This document shows positions 20,973-35,270 of a stretch of 64,000 nt of DNA, piece after piece (position 1 is the first letter of the stretch; each line of letters opens with the position of its first letter). The translations under genes were made by a program, and so were the position numbers. The stretch covers positions 856,373 to 920,372 of the forward strand of contig CAWHLH010000003.1 in assembly GCA_963830105.1 (NCBI GenBank). Reading direction: 5' to 3'. Origin of the DNA: an uncultured Gammaproteobacteria bacterium. Its GTDB lineage: Bacteria > Pseudomonadota > Gammaproteobacteria > DATFLG01. The notes under the pieces are model-generated. The model was not told the DNA's origin and did no database searches. It worked only from the letters and a program-made list of their open reading frames with translations.

Positions 20973-20989
20973 GTTCAGGCGCCGTTCAG
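20973..20989 (+). promoter_or_regulatory. PhoP-type box for the divergent His-rich gene
   Basis: GTTCAG-GCGCC-GTTCAG about 50 bp upstream of ATG 21042. Confidence 0.7.
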
Positions 20990-21041
20990 GCGTCGAGGGG
21001 TACGGTTTGGGTCACAGAACAGCAAACGAGAGGAGACAGCG

Positions 21042-21374
21042 ATGAACATCAAGCGACTTGCTATGCCTGCAATGGTTGCCGCACTGATCGGAGTCGGTGC
21101 CGCACTTCCGGGGCTCGCCCTGGCTCGAGACCATGGCCATTTCGGCCCACAAGTGAGCGCGCGCCAGCATTATGATCACGGCCGCTACCGGCCCGCACCA
21201 CGCGTCTGGCGGCACACGGGACACCACCGTGACTGGGACCATCGCTGGCATCGCCGCGAGTTCCACCGCAGTTATAGACCCCACTACCACTCCCGCTACT
21301 ACCGGCCCTACTACGACGCGGACGACCGAGGGCGGGGGGACGTCATCATACGCTATCACTATTACGCGGACTGA
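21042..21374 (+). CDS. Small secreted His/Arg/Tyr-rich protein
   Basis: AGGAG RBS, signal peptide ending ALA, low-complexity mature part (HTGHHRDWDHRWHRREFHRSYRPHYHSRYY). Confidence 0.7.
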   Translation: MNIKRLAMPAMVAALIGVGAALPGLALARDHGHFGPQVSARQHYDHGRYRPAPRVWRHTGHHRDWDHRWHRREFHRSYRPHYHSRYYRPYYDADDRGRGDVIIRYHYYAD

Positions 21375-21657
21375 ATCGCGTGTTCACCCGCAAGCCGCCC
21401 CCGCACCCCCTGACCACGGCGGGAGGCTGCGTGGGCAACCCAAGCCCCGCTTGTGGCCACCGTACCAAGCAAAATGTGAAGTGTTCGTCAATTTAATGAA
21501 TGCCGAAACAGGCGCAGAGTCAGCTAATTGTCAGCCTGTAAAAAACCGGCTAACGTGAGTGACGCGCTGGCCGAGATAATCGGTATTCCAGCGTACGTGC
21601 GCAGACCCTTTGCGCGCTGCTTTCGAAAAACACGAGAATAGGATGGAGGTGGTATCG

Positions 21658-22161
21658 ATGCATGCACGTCAACGACGCGCTCGCGCCAACATGCGCGGGC
21701 TAACATTAGGGGTCATGGCAGGCGCGCTTCTGCTAGGCGGCCTCGGCACCGCCAACGCCAGCGGGTTCCACGGAGCAACTGCCACCGAGTCCCACTACGG
21801 CGCAATCTTTCAACTGGATGCCGGCGGAAACAAGGCGATCAAGAAGACTCTCAACAACATCGAAAATCTACTGCACGACAAACGCGTGGAAGGCAAGATC
21901 ACGGTAGAACTCATTGCCAACAGTGGCGGCTTCGACGTATACGTCAAGAACAACGGCTTCGAAAAGAAGCTTCGCCATCTTCAAAAGGAAGGGGTGATTC
22001 TGGCGCAATGCTCCAACACGCTGCGTGAGAAGCATATCAGTCGTAGCGACCTGTACTCCTTCATCCACGTCGTGCCGTCCGGCGTCGGCGAAATCACGCT
22101 GCGGGAGTCCCAAGGCTGGGCCTATATTCACCCGTCGACACCGAACCCCAACCGGCTCTGA
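21658..22161 (+). CDS. Secreted DsrE/DsrF-like family protein
   Basis: Signal peptide; LNNIENL, GVILAQCSNTL, VVPSGVGEI...QGWAYIHP. Confidence 0.8.
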   Translation: MHARQRRARANMRGLTLGVMAGALLLGGLGTANASGFHGATATESHYGAIFQLDAGGNKAIKKTLNNIENLLHDKRVEGKITVELIANSGGFDVYVKNNGFEKKLRHLQKEGVILAQCSNTLREKHISRSDLYSFIHVVPSGVGEITLRESQGWAYIHPSTPNPNRL

Positions 22162-22252
22162 ACGGAGCGTCTCTGCGGGAGCTCCGGGGTGCGGATATGC
22201 ACCCCGGAGCGCCTGTCCTCGAACGGGTGCGTGCCAACCGGTGGGATCTGGT

Positions 22253-22744
22253 TCAGACCTCTGCCTTGCGGGCGGAGCGCCCGGCACTGTCGTCCCGCCG
22301 TGCCGACAACGGATAGCCATCGAGCAGGCGGGAAAGTTGCTGCTGATTGCGGACCAGATCAGCCAGCGAATAGCGGTCTAGTACTCCCAGAAATGCTGCC
22401 AGCGCTTCGTGCAGTGCAGTCTGCAGCATACACGCCGACTCGATCCGGCAGCGACCCACCCCCGGCTCAAAGCACTGAACGATGTTGAAGTCTTCCTCGG
22501 TACAACGCACCACTTCACCGACGCCGATGTCCTCGGGACTCTTAGCCAGACGAAACCCGCCCTTCTTGCCGCGCACGGTTTCAAGGTAGCCGGCCGTGCC
22601 CAGCTTGTGGACGACCTTCATGAGGTGGTTGCGGGAAATGCCGTAGTGCTCGGCGACGTCCTTTATCGTTGCAAGTTCCCCCTCCCTCACGGAGGTATAA
22701 ATGAGAACGCGAAGGGAGTAGTCGGTGTAGCGGGTAATATGCAT
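22253..22744 (-). CDS. nsrR: Rrf2 family Fe-S transcriptional regulator NsrR
   Basis: MHITRYTDYSLRVLIY, ISRNHLMKVV, RGKKGG, three Cys (CFE...CRIESAC). Confidence 0.82.
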   Translation of the reverse strand: MHITRYTDYSLRVLIYTSVREGELATIKDVAEHYGISRNHLMKVVHKLGTAGYLETVRGKKGGFRLAKSPEDIGVGEVVRCTEEDFNIVQCFEPGVGRCRIESACMLQTALHEALAAFLGVLDRYSLADLVRNQQQLSRLLDGYPLSARRDDSAGRSARKAEV

Positions 22745-22945
22745 GGCTGCTTCCAGTTGCCGACAGGCCGGGCCTGTCACGGCATGACACACGCCCATAT
22801 ATGTCATACCCGTAAACGCGCCTCGCCCCGATGGCGGCACGCAAACGTCGACCGCCTCAACGGCAACGTTAATGTAGTAACTCCGGGGTATTTTATACCC
22901 GGCCTTCGAGCCACGACCAGCGGGAAATACGGCGAGCGCCGAACC

Positions 22946-23212
22946 AGGGCCTGTTAACGCTATATGCATCGCCTCTGCCGGAGCCCCATTTCCCGTCCCG
23001 CCAGGCGGAGCGAGTGTGGTGTAGCCCGGCTACATGAGCGAGCGACAACGCAGCGGGACGGGAAATAGGGCACGGCCCTTCGGGTTGCGGCTGAGAGCCC
23101 GCCCTGGGCGTTGCTCGTCACTCATTGGGAACCACCAAACTTCGCTCCTCGCGCCTTGATTGGCCGGCTCTGCGCCGCAACATCGGTGATGCATATCGGG
23201 TTAACAGGCCCT
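22946..23212. mobile_element. MITE-like non-autonomous element (~267 bp)
   Basis: Imperfect 28-bp TIRs AGGGCCTGTTAACgctATATGCATCgCC / AGGGCCTGTTAACccgATATGCATCaCC; internal inverted repeats; no ORF. Confidence 0.75.
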
Positions 23213-24725
23213 AGCTTCCCTTCGGGGACGCGTGGCGGGTTTGGGAAAGGGCCAGGTTCGCTTGTTGGCAGAAATGCTTGAAACTGGTGAAGCTCTCTTC
23301 GTCCAGAGGTCGTCCGCTGGGTTGACGATCGGCATAGAACAACCCGATTGACTGTCCGCTTACCTCGATCGACATCACGAAGAAGGCGGCGTCGGCGGTC
23401 AACTCCCTGACATCCGGAGTCAGCAACGCCTTGATTCTCCTATCTGGCTCCGAGGACACCCACAACGCCCCGGTCGCGTCCACTACATGACTGAAAACAT
23501 TAGCCTTCAATGGATTCAACTCAAACACGAACTGTCGCTGCATACGCTCTTTCTGCCAGCCAAGAGCATACCGGGCTTTCAGGTAGCGGCGGTTCGGCGT
23601 GCGCAAAGCGAAAAGCGTGCGGTCCATACCAACACCGCGGTGGATACCCTCCAGCACCATCTCCAGCAACAGGTTGATATCGGGCCTATCTTCGATAAGC
23701 GACGAGAGCTCGCGCAGGATCTTGAGTTGCAGCATCGGGTCGGGGTCGGAAAACGCTGGCGGCTCCGCGTCCGGCGCCGACTCCGGCTTTTCCTTTGCCA
23801 TGGCGGCGCTGTACCGAACCGGAACCGGGATCAACCGACTGGCTTCGCGGGCCCCATAGAAGCTGGCAGTCTTGGCAGCCTCGGCGGCATTGGACTCGAC
23901 CAGCGTGGCCACTTTGTCGAGGGGGAGGTAGAGCGTCTCGGCAACCCGCGCGAGCAGGCTCTTCATTTCCGCACTTTTCCATCCCTGGCCGGCCAACCGG
24001 GCGATCTCGTGCCCCAGCACCACATTGCTCACCCGTGGATCGGCGTCCTTTTTTCCTTCCAGCGTGTGCTGGAGCAGGGGTCCAAGCTTCCATTCCCGGC
24101 TTAACCCCGCAGTCAGTTGCTGGAGCTCGAAGCCCAACACCCTTTGTTCGGTCTGCCGCGGTTCCTCTCCGGACGCAGCATGCAGAGCCGCTTCGAGGTC
24201 CTTGGCCTGCTCATCGGCGTGCGTCCAGAATGCCATTCTGCCAAGATTGTAGAGAAGGCTCGCGATAAACACCTCTTCCGGCGCCCGGTCCCTGCGCAGC
24301 ACCGCAAAGGTGCGCGCCTGGACGGCCGCATGGAAGGAACGAGCCATTTCCTGAGCAAGCTGCTCCTTACGGTTTCCCTTGACCAGAGACTCCACCACCG
24401 CTATGGACAGGCATATGCTCCGTACCGATTCGAAACCCAACAGGATCACGGCCCGGCTGACGGTGCTGACACCCCGACCGCTCTGGTTATACAAAGGACT
24501 GTTGGCGAGACGCAGCAGCTTCGCTGTCATGGCGGCGTCTTGGAGTACCACCCGAGCCAACTCGGCTGCGGAGCTATCCCCGTCGGACACCACCCCGGAG
24601 ATCTGATGGGCGGTATGGGCGAACGCAGGCAACCCCTGTTCAGCGAGGTGGCGAATCCAGCCCTCGACACCCCGAGGCTCATCCGGCGCCAACCGGTCGG
24701 TACCGACTTCCGGCATTTCGGACAT
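23211..24725 (-). CDS. HDOD domain protein with C-terminal GAF-like domain
   Basis: LQDAAMTAKLLRLANSPLY, VSTVSRAVILLG, EEVFIASLL, IGLFYADR; start uncertain. Confidence 0.85.
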   Translation of the reverse strand: MSEMPEVGTDRLAPDEPRGVEGWIRHLAEQGLPAFAHTAHQISGVVSDGDSSAAELARVVLQDAAMTAKLLRLANSPLYNQSGRGVSTVSRAVILLGFESVRSICLSIAVVESLVKGNRKEQLAQEMARSFHAAVQARTFAVLRRDRAPEEVFIASLLYNLGRMAFWTHADEQAKDLEAALHAASGEEPRQTEQRVLGFELQQLTAGLSREWKLGPLLQHTLEGKKDADPRVSNVVLGHEIARLAGQGWKSAEMKSLLARVAETLYLPLDKVATLVESNAAEAAKTASFYGAREASRLIPVPVRYSAAMAKEKPESAPDAEPPAFSDPDPMLQLKILRELSSLIEDRPDINLLLEMVLEGIHRGVGMDRTLFALRTPNRRYLKARYALGWQKERMQRQFVFELNPLKANVFSHVVDATGALWVSSEPDRRIKALLTPDVRELTADAAFFVMSIEVSGQSIGLFYADRQPSGRPLDEESFTSFKHFCQQANLALSQTRHASPKGS

Positions 24726-25281
24726 GGGTCTATTCGCCAAGGCTGCGTTGCTTGTGTCCACGCGTCGTTCTCCAGACAGCGGTGGGCGCTTTTCAGGTTC
24801 CTGTAAAACAAGTCGGTTCGTGCGACCGGAACTTGAGTGCTGCCGGGGAAAGACCCCCTCCGAGCCGTCGGCCAACCCTCAGATTGCTGATCTACCCCGG
24901 ATCGGCTCCTAAATCCGCGTGCAGGGTCCAAAACCCCGCATTCCAGACACTAGTGGTCCATGCGGGAAATAGTATGCATCTCAGAGCCCCGCTAATGGGT
25001 CAAGGCAAGGCGCGGTGAGCAGGGAATGGCGGGGCCTTTCCAAGCAGCGCAACGCGGCATTGACCCACTAGCCGGGCTCCCTGCGGGCCCACCGACGCGG
25101 GAGTGCGCACCTTCGAGGCTGACGTTTCGAGAACGCTGCTTGACCCGGGAACGAACCGCAGTCCCTACGCCGTCGCCCACAAGACGTATCCCGGTGCTTT
25201 CGCTCCCAGCGGGTGCTCGACTGAAACGGGCAAGATAGAATGTCGGCCACGACCTCCGCCAACAGCCACTACAGGAACATC

Positions 25282-25875
25282 ATGAAACCCTTCTCGGAAG
25301 CATGTGAGCAAAACAAGGCGCCTATCCTGGAAGTACTGAGACGGGAACTGGGCGGATGCCGGAACGTGCTGGAGATCGGCAGCGGCACCGGCCAGCACGC
25401 TGTTCACTTTGCCCATGGCCTGCCCCACCTCCGATGGCAGACCAGTGATCTCCCGCAGACCCACGACGGCATCCACGCGTGGTTGGATGAAGCCGATCTG
25501 ACCAATGTCGAGCCGCCATTGGTCCTGGACGTGGCCCACGGACCCTGGCCTGCGGAACGTTACGACGCGGTGTTCACCGCGAATACCGCCCACATCATGG
25601 GATGGCGGGAAGTGCGGTCGCTCTTTGCCGGTTTGGACGGCGTGCTGAACCCTGACGGCCTGTTCATTCTCTATGGGCCGGTCAACTACTCGGGTGCCTA
25701 TACCAGCGCCAGCAACGCGCGCTTCGACCAATGGTTGAAGGCGCGCGATCCGCGCAGCGGCATTCGGGATTTCGAGGCAATGAATGAACTCGCGACGGCA
25801 GGCGGCCTGCGATTGGCCGCTGACTACCCCATGCCCGCCAACAACCGTACTTTGATCTGGCGTCGTACGCACTGA
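25282..25875 (+). CDS. DUF938 family SAM methyltransferase-like protein
   Basis: PFSEACEQNKAPIL, LEIGSGTGQHA, ANTAHIM, SNARFDQWL, MPANN. Confidence 0.88.
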   Translation: MKPFSEACEQNKAPILEVLRRELGGCRNVLEIGSGTGQHAVHFAHGLPHLRWQTSDLPQTHDGIHAWLDEADLTNVEPPLVLDVAHGPWPAERYDAVFTANTAHIMGWREVRSLFAGLDGVLNPDGLFILYGPVNYSGAYTSASNARFDQWLKARDPRSGIRDFEAMNELATAGGLRLAADYPMPANNRTLIWRRTH

Positions 25876-25948
25876 AGGCAAGAGACCCGCACCAGCCGCG
25901 GCGGGTTCGGCTCCTGCGAATGTCGCCGATAAACCGGAACCCCGCCTG

Positions 25949-26098
25949 TCAGTCCAGGTGCCTTACAACCCAGGGCTGCACGAACAGGGCAATCGCCAGC
26001 GCCGCCACGTACTCGCGCATGCCGATCAGCGCATGCAACGGACCAACGGGGTCGTGAAACAGTACTACGGCAATGAGCAATGCAATCCACTTGTACAT
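25949..26098 (-). CDS. Small membrane protein (49 aa)
   Basis: GGAGG RBS before ATG 26098; two hydrophobic segments. Confidence 0.55.
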   Translation of the reverse strand: MYKWIALLIAVVLFHDPVGPLHALIGMREYVAALAIALFVQPWVVRHLD

Positions 26099-26232
26099 TG
26101 GAGCCTCCGAATATTCATTCTCGATGACTCCATTATCGGGATTGCGTGGCCAAATTCTGTGCGCACTTGGGAGTTTACGGGCGAACAGGTTCACAAATCC
26201 GAGCGAAAGTGGCCGCAATTGCTCTGCTAAAC

Positions 26233-26268
26233 GAAAAAGGCCGGGGCCCCCAGGCTCCGGCCTTTTTC
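26233..26268. terminator. Rho-independent terminator after iscU
   Basis: GAAAAAGGCCGG...CCGGCCTTTTTC hairpin with A/T tails. Confidence 0.8.
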
Positions 26269-26286
26269 GGTCGTCGCCCCAGCCGA

Positions 26287-26703
26287 TCAGCCTTCGGCAG
26301 CCTCCCGAGCAGCACCCTCGCTGCTACCGGTTTTGGTCTGGTAGTCGGCGATGGCGGCCTTGATGGCGTCCTCGGCCAGCACCGAGCAGTGGATCTTCAC
26401 CGGCGGCAGCGCCAGCTCCTCGGCAATGTCCGTATTCTTGATCTGACCGGCCTCGTCCAACGTCTTGCCCTTCACCCACTCGGTCAGCAGCGAGCTCGAG
26501 GCGATCGCCGAACCACAGCCGTAGGTCTTGAACCGCGCATCCTCGATCACACCCTGCTCGTTGACCTTGATCTGCAGCTTCATCACGTCACCGCAGGCCG
26601 GCGCACCCACCATCCCCGTGCCCACATGACCGTCGCCCTTGTCGAACGAGCCCACGTTGCGCGGATTCTCATAGTGGTCCAACACCTTGTCACTGTATGC
26701 CAT
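26287..26703 (-). CDS. iscU: Fe-S cluster scaffold protein IscU
   Basis: MAYSDKVLDHYENPRNVG, APACGDVM, FKTYGCGSAIASSS, LPPVKIHCS. Confidence 0.97.
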   Translation of the reverse strand: MAYSDKVLDHYENPRNVGSFDKGDGHVGTGMVGAPACGDVMKLQIKVNEQGVIEDARFKTYGCGSAIASSSLLTEWVKGKTLDEAGQIKNTDIAEELALPPVKIHCSVLAEDAIKAAIADYQTKTGSSEGAAREAAEG

Positions 26704-26725
26704 CTCTCGCTCTCCTCAATACCTT

Positions 26726-26865
26726 GAACCCATTTCAAAAGGCGTCTCGCCCGCCAATCCTGCGTTGCGCACCGCGCTGCGGTGCTCATTTACCCGCGTA
26801 AACTCCGCTCCTCGCGCGATCCGCGCCTTGCCTTGACGGCCGATCCACTCTTTTGAAACGGGTCC
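26726..26865. mobile_element. Short TIR-bounded palindromic repeat/MITE (~140 bp) between iscS and iscU
   Basis: TIRs GAACCCATTTCAAAAG / GGACCCGTTTCAAAAG (14/16); internal motif shared with the element at 22946-23212. Confidence 0.65.
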
Positions 26866-26880
26866 TTCTCTGTTGCCGAT

Positions 26881-28101
26881 TCAGTGCGCCGCCCACTGCA
26901 CGCTCGCCAGGTCCACTCCGTCCTGGTACATCTCCCACAGCGGCGACATCTCCCGCAGCTTCGCCACCTTCTCCTTGATCAGCTCCACCGCGTAGTCGAC
27001 CTCCTCGGCCGTCGTGTACCGGCCCATCGAAAAGCGGATCGAACTGTGCGCCAGCTCGTCGTTGCGTCCCAGCGCCCGCAGCACGTACGACGGCTCCAGA
27101 CTCGCCGAGGTGCACGCCGAACCCGACGACACCGCGATATCCCGCAGCGCCATGATCAGCGACTCGCCTTCCACAAAATTGAAACTCACGTTCAGATTGC
27201 CCGCCACACGGCGCTCCAGATCCCCGTTCAGGTACACCTCGTCAATCTGCGACAGACCCGCCCACAGCCGGTCACGCAATCCCCGTACCCGCACGGCCTC
27301 CTCGGCCATCTCCTCGCGCGCGATCCGAAACGCCTCGCCCATCCCCACAATCTGGTGGGGCGCCAGCGTCCCCGAGCGCAAGCCCCGCTCGTGACCCCCG
27401 CCGTGCATCTGCGCCTCCAGACGCACCCGCGGCTTGCGCTGCACGTACAGCGCTCCAATCCCCTTCGGCCCGTACACCTTGTGGCCCGAAAACGACATCA
27501 AATCCACCGGCAGGCTCGACAGGTCGATCGGCTCCTTGCCCGCCGACTGCGCCCCGTCCACGTGGAACACCACACCCCGGGAACGGCAGATCTCGCCGAT
27601 CGCGCCAATGTCCTGCACCACCCCGATCTCGTTGTTCACATGCATCACCGAGGCCACAATCGTGTCCTCGCGCAGCGCCGCCTCGAACTTGCCCAGATCC
27701 AGCAGCCCGTCCGACTCCGGCTCCAGGTACGTCACCTCGAACCCTTCGCGCTCGAGCTGGCGCATCGTGTCCAGCACCGCCTTGTGCTCGGTCTTCACCG
27801 TCACCAGATGACGGCCCTTCTTCTGGTAAAAATGCGCCGCACCCTTGATCGCCAGATTGTCCGACTCGGTCGCTCCGCTCGTCCAGATGATCTCCTTCGG
27901 ATCGGCACCCACCAGCGCCGCTACATCCGACCGCGCCCGCTCCACCGCCTCTTCGGCCTGCCAGCCGAATACGTGCGAACGCGACGCCGGGTTCCCAAAC
28001 ACACCCCGGCGGCTCAGATAACCGCACATCGTCTCCGCCACACGGTCGTCCACCGGCGTCGTCGCCGAATAATCCAGATAGATCGGTACCTGTACGCTCA
28101 T
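26881..28101 (-). CDS. iscS: Cysteine desulfurase IscS
   Basis: [42 protein letters not shown]-terminus. Confidence 0.97.
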   Translation of the reverse strand: MSVQVPIYLDYSATTPVDDRVAETMCGYLSRRGVFGNPASRSHVFGWQAEEAVERARSDVAALVGADPKEIIWTSGATESDNLAIKGAAHFYQKKGRHLVTVKTEHKAVLDTMRQLEREGFEVTYLEPESDGLLDLGKFEAALREDTIVASVMHVNNEIGVVQDIGAIGEICRSRGVVFHVDGAQSAGKEPIDLSSLPVDLMSFSGHKVYGPKGIGALYVQRKPRVRLEAQMHGGGHERGLRSGTLAPHQIVGMGEAFRIAREEMAEEAVRVRGLRDRLWAGLSQIDEVYLNGDLERRVAGNLNVSFNFVEGESLIMALRDIAVSSGSACTSASLEPSYVLRALGRNDELAHSSIRFSMGRYTTAEEVDYAVELIKEKVAKLREMSPLWEMYQDGVDLASVQWAAH

Positions 28102-28174
28102 TGACCCAATCACCACCTGTCAGTATCCAATTCCATAACCGCCCGCTGCCGGCCGCGGGGCCCTTATCACGTTC

Positions 28175-28648
28175 TCAAGCCGCTGTGAGCTTCCCGCCTT
28201 CGCTGTCCCGCCCGTTGCCGAGCTGACGCTCGACGACTTCCCTGACCGATGGACGATCGAGAAATTCCGCCAGCGTAATACTGTCCAGAAATTCGAAGAT
28301 CTGGCGGCTGAGGGTGAACCACAGCTCATGAGTGAGACAGCGCTCGCCTTCCTGGCAGTTTTCCTTCCCACCACAGAGGGTGGTATCCACTTTTTCATCG
28401 ACGGCCGTAATGATCCGTGCCACCGAAATACGATCGGGATCCAGCGCCAGCCGATACCCCCCGCCGGGACCCCGTACACCTTCGACGAGACCGCCACGCC
28501 TGAGCTTGGCGAACAGCTGCTCCAGGTACGACAGGGAAATACCCTGGCACTGGGAGATGTCCGCCAGGGTCACGGGACCCTGCTTGTCATGGATCGCGAG
28601 ATCCATCATCGCGGTCACCGCGTAGCGACCTTTCGTAGACAGTCTCAT
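28175..28648 (-). CDS. iscR: Fe-S cluster assembly transcriptional regulator IscR
   Basis: [37 protein letters not shown]. Confidence 0.95.
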   Translation of the reverse strand: MRLSTKGRYAVTAMMDLAIHDKQGPVTLADISQCQGISLSYLEQLFAKLRRGGLVEGVRGPGGGYRLALDPDRISVARIITAVDEKVDTTLCGGKENCQEGERCLTHELWFTLSRQIFEFLDSITLAEFLDRPSVREVVERQLGNGRDSEGGKLTAA

Positions 28649-28751
28649 AACAAGCACCTTGTAAGAGATTCCGGCCGAACGAAGACCGAGCCGGCGGCTG
28701 CGCTGGGCAAAACCACCGCCGCCGGGCGGCTCAGTGGAGCAAAGATATACA

Positions 28752-28776
28752 GTAGTTGACTATTTTAGTCAAGATT
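28752..28776. promoter_or_regulatory. IscR type-1 binding site
   Basis: GTAGTTGACTATTTTAGTCAAGATT matches ATASYYGACTRwwwYAGTCRRSTAT, ~100 bp upstream of iscR. Confidence 0.8.
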
Positions 28777-28814
28777 TGGCCGGACGGAAACCGACCTGGA
28801 ATGGAGGACGATTT

Positions 28815-29330
28815 TCAGCGGTCCGCAACAATGACACCGGCTGGATCGGCGTCTGCGGCGCCAATGGACAGGCCGCATTGGGGAGGGAAGCCGTGGCCCT
28901 GGCGCAGGCAGTAACCCAGCCACTTCTGCAGAAAACGATTGATCTGCCACTTCTCTCCCATGCTGTACCGGTTTCGCAGCCGATCATACTCGGCGCTGCG
29001 CACGCCCTTCAAGCGCCCGCAGGCAATGACTTCCGCCGCCTGGGCATCGTGGTAAATGCGGGCCTGCAAGTCGGGAGCGGGGAACCGTCCCAGTTCATCC
29101 GTGAAGTGGTAGGTGAGGGTCAGAGTGGTCGTGTATTTGCAGCGTTCGACAATAGCCAAGTGCAGTTCCAGGGCACCTGTTGGTCGGGAGACCGCAGTCG
29201 GACCGACGGCGGAAAGATCCGGAATCAGACGGCGCAGGCGGATGTAGTTCTGTTCATACAGCTCCATCAGGCCCGCAAAATCGTGGCCGGCGCTGCCAAA
29301 CCCTGCAATATGCGCTCTCGCGAGAATCAT
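28815..29330 (-). CDS. DUF1249 family protein (YqiB-like)
   Basis: LMELYEQNY, YTTTL, RIYHDAQAAEV, EKWQINRFLQKWLGYCL. Confidence 0.85.
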   Translation of the reverse strand: MILARAHIAGFGSAGHDFAGLMELYEQNYIRLRRLIPDLSAVGPTAVSRPTGALELHLAIVERCKYTTTLTLTYHFTDELGRFPAPDLQARIYHDAQAAEVIACGRLKGVRSAEYDRLRNRYSMGEKWQINRFLQKWLGYCLRQGHGFPPQCGLSIGAADADPAGVIVADR

Positions 29331-29483
29331 CGTTCCATCATATCATAGTAGTAAGTGCAGACATCGCAGGGCAGAGTATCCCGATGAGCGTCCGTTGTGA
29401 AGACCCCTGCGTCGGTGCTATCAAAGGTCATATCGGCGGCAACATCTCGATCCTTGACGCCATGGGCACACGATGTGCGATAG

Positions 29484-31145
<1,662 letters not shown>

Positions 31146-31298
31146 CTGTCGGCTCACCAGTCACCCCCCGGCCTTCCAGCGCACCGAGGAGTACGTATTG
31201 GGAGCGGACGACCGCGCGGGAGCCGCAGATACGGATGTCGTCTCCAGCCGGTTGATCCGCGGCGTGCCCTTCCGCGCCCTGCCCCTCCCCGCCGATCT

Positions 31299-32123
31299 TC
31301 ACCGCATCCGTCTGTGCAGAGCCAGATCATGTACAATGGTGGTGGCTATCTCTTCCACCGACATATTGGTGGTATCGAGAGGGTGCAGGCCTTCATGGCG
31401 GTACAGTGCGGCAAGCTGACGCAGTTCGTAGCGGCACTGCTTCATAGAGGCGTAGCGGCTGTCGGGACGTCGCTCGCTGCGGATTTCATGCAGGCGATCG
31501 GGGTCGATAGTGAGGCCGTACAGGCGGTTGCGGTAGGGTTTGAGCAGCGCCGGCAGCCCCGAATCCTCCAGATCCTCCTCGGTAAGGGGATAGTTCGCCG
31601 CCAACACGCCATACTGCAACGCCAGGTAAAGACAGGTGGGGGTCTTGCCCGACCGCGATACCCCGACGACGATCACATCAGCGTGTTCGTAACCATGGGT
31701 GGTACTTCCATCGTCAGTGCTCAAGGCGAAGTTGACCGCGTCCATGCGCATCCCGTAGCGCGTATGGTTGTCCATGCCGTGGGAGCGGCCCACGCTGCCC
31801 GAAGGCGTCATACCGAGCGCGTCTCCCACCGGACCCAGAAAAGCGTCGTAAAGATCGAAACACACCGCTTCGGAGGCCCGAATCATGCTCCGGGCCTGCG
31901 GGTCCACCAGTGTGCAGAACACCAGTGGTTTCAGGGGCGCCTGGCGCGCCTCGGCGTTGATCTGCTGCACCGCTTCGCCGGCCTGATCCGAAGAGTTGAC
32001 GAAGGGCAGCGTCACCGAGTTGTATTCGAGACCCCCGAACTGCGCCAACAGGCTGTGGCCGAGGCCCTCCACCGTCAGCCCCGTGCCGTCCGAGATGTAG
32101 AACACCGTACGCGTCTGGGTCAT
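31299..32123 (-). CDS. ppsR: PEP synthase regulatory protein (kinase/pyrophosphorylase)
   Basis: ISDGTGLT, DDG, GVSRSGKTPTCLYLA, ANYPL, SVEEIA; divergent from ppsA. Confidence 0.92.
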   Translation of the reverse strand: MTQTRTVFYISDGTGLTVEGLGHSLLAQFGGLEYNSVTLPFVNSSDQAGEAVQQINAEARQAPLKPLVFCTLVDPQARSMIRASEAVCFDLYDAFLGPVGDALGMTPSGSVGRSHGMDNHTRYGMRMDAVNFALSTDDGSTTHGYEHADVIVVGVSRSGKTPTCLYLALQYGVLAANYPLTEEDLEDSGLPALLKPYRNRLYGLTIDPDRLHEIRSERRPDSRYASMKQCRYELRQLAALYRHEGLHPLDTTNMSVEEIATTIVHDLALHRRMR

Positions 32124-32217
32124 GATGTAAGCCTCCGCTCGGCTCCAGCAGCCGGTGACAGCAAACCCATGTAAGCAGCTTGCCCGTCAGGCTGCAAGCC
32201 AAGAGAGGAGCTCAGCA

Positions 32218-34596
<2,379 letters not shown>

Positions 34597-34725
34597 TCCC
34601 GCCACCGACCATAATGAATCCGGCCGGAAGGCGCCAACTTCGAGGGCCGGTCATCCAGGTCACGGACGGCGGCCCCGGCACCGACCGCCCGTACCACCCA
34701 CAGCCGGTGTGCGCACCGGGTCCGC

Positions 34726-35133
34726 TCAGAACGAGTTGACGACCTCGCGCACCCCGGGCGCGCGACTCTTGACCAGCCGTTCGACGACGTTGCGAAGGTC
34801 AAGCACCGACCGCGGGCAGCCCACGCAGGCCCCTTTCATGCGTACCCGCACGGTGCGACCGTCCACCGCCACCAGCTCGATGTCGCCGCCGTCCTGCATG
34901 AGGATGCGCCGCGCCTCCTCCACCGCTTCGGCGACCGCGCCGGGATCTACGGGAGCGTCCGATTCCGCTTGCGCGGCACCGCCCTCCCGCGCCGCCAGGG
35001 TCTGAGCCCGATCCAGTCGCAGCGCGAGCTCCGGATCGAACTCTTCGATGGCGTCAAGCTCATCCTCGCCGTAGAAGTGATCCGGGTCCGGGCTCAGCAG
35101 CGCCTGCAGGCGCGCTTCGTCTTCATCGTTCAT
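34726..35133 (-). CDS. NifU/Nfu domain protein with acidic N-terminal extension
   Basis: LMQDGGDIELV...MKGACVGCPRS. Confidence 0.85.
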   Translation of the reverse strand: MNDEDEARLQALLSPDPDHFYGEDELDAIEEFDPELALRLDRAQTLAAREGGAAQAESDAPVDPGAVAEAVEEARRILMQDGGDIELVAVDGRTVRVRMKGACVGCPRSVLDLRNVVERLVKSRAPGVREVVNSF

Positions 35134-35270
35134 ATTCGCCCTCGACCCCGGGGCGGACCGAACTGGCCAACACCCAGTGGAAAGCTACGGTTTTGCGCCA
35201 CACTAATGTGGCAAGCGATGGCAAACATGGGCATTATATCAGGTCGATCCGCACCAGACGCGCTATCGCC

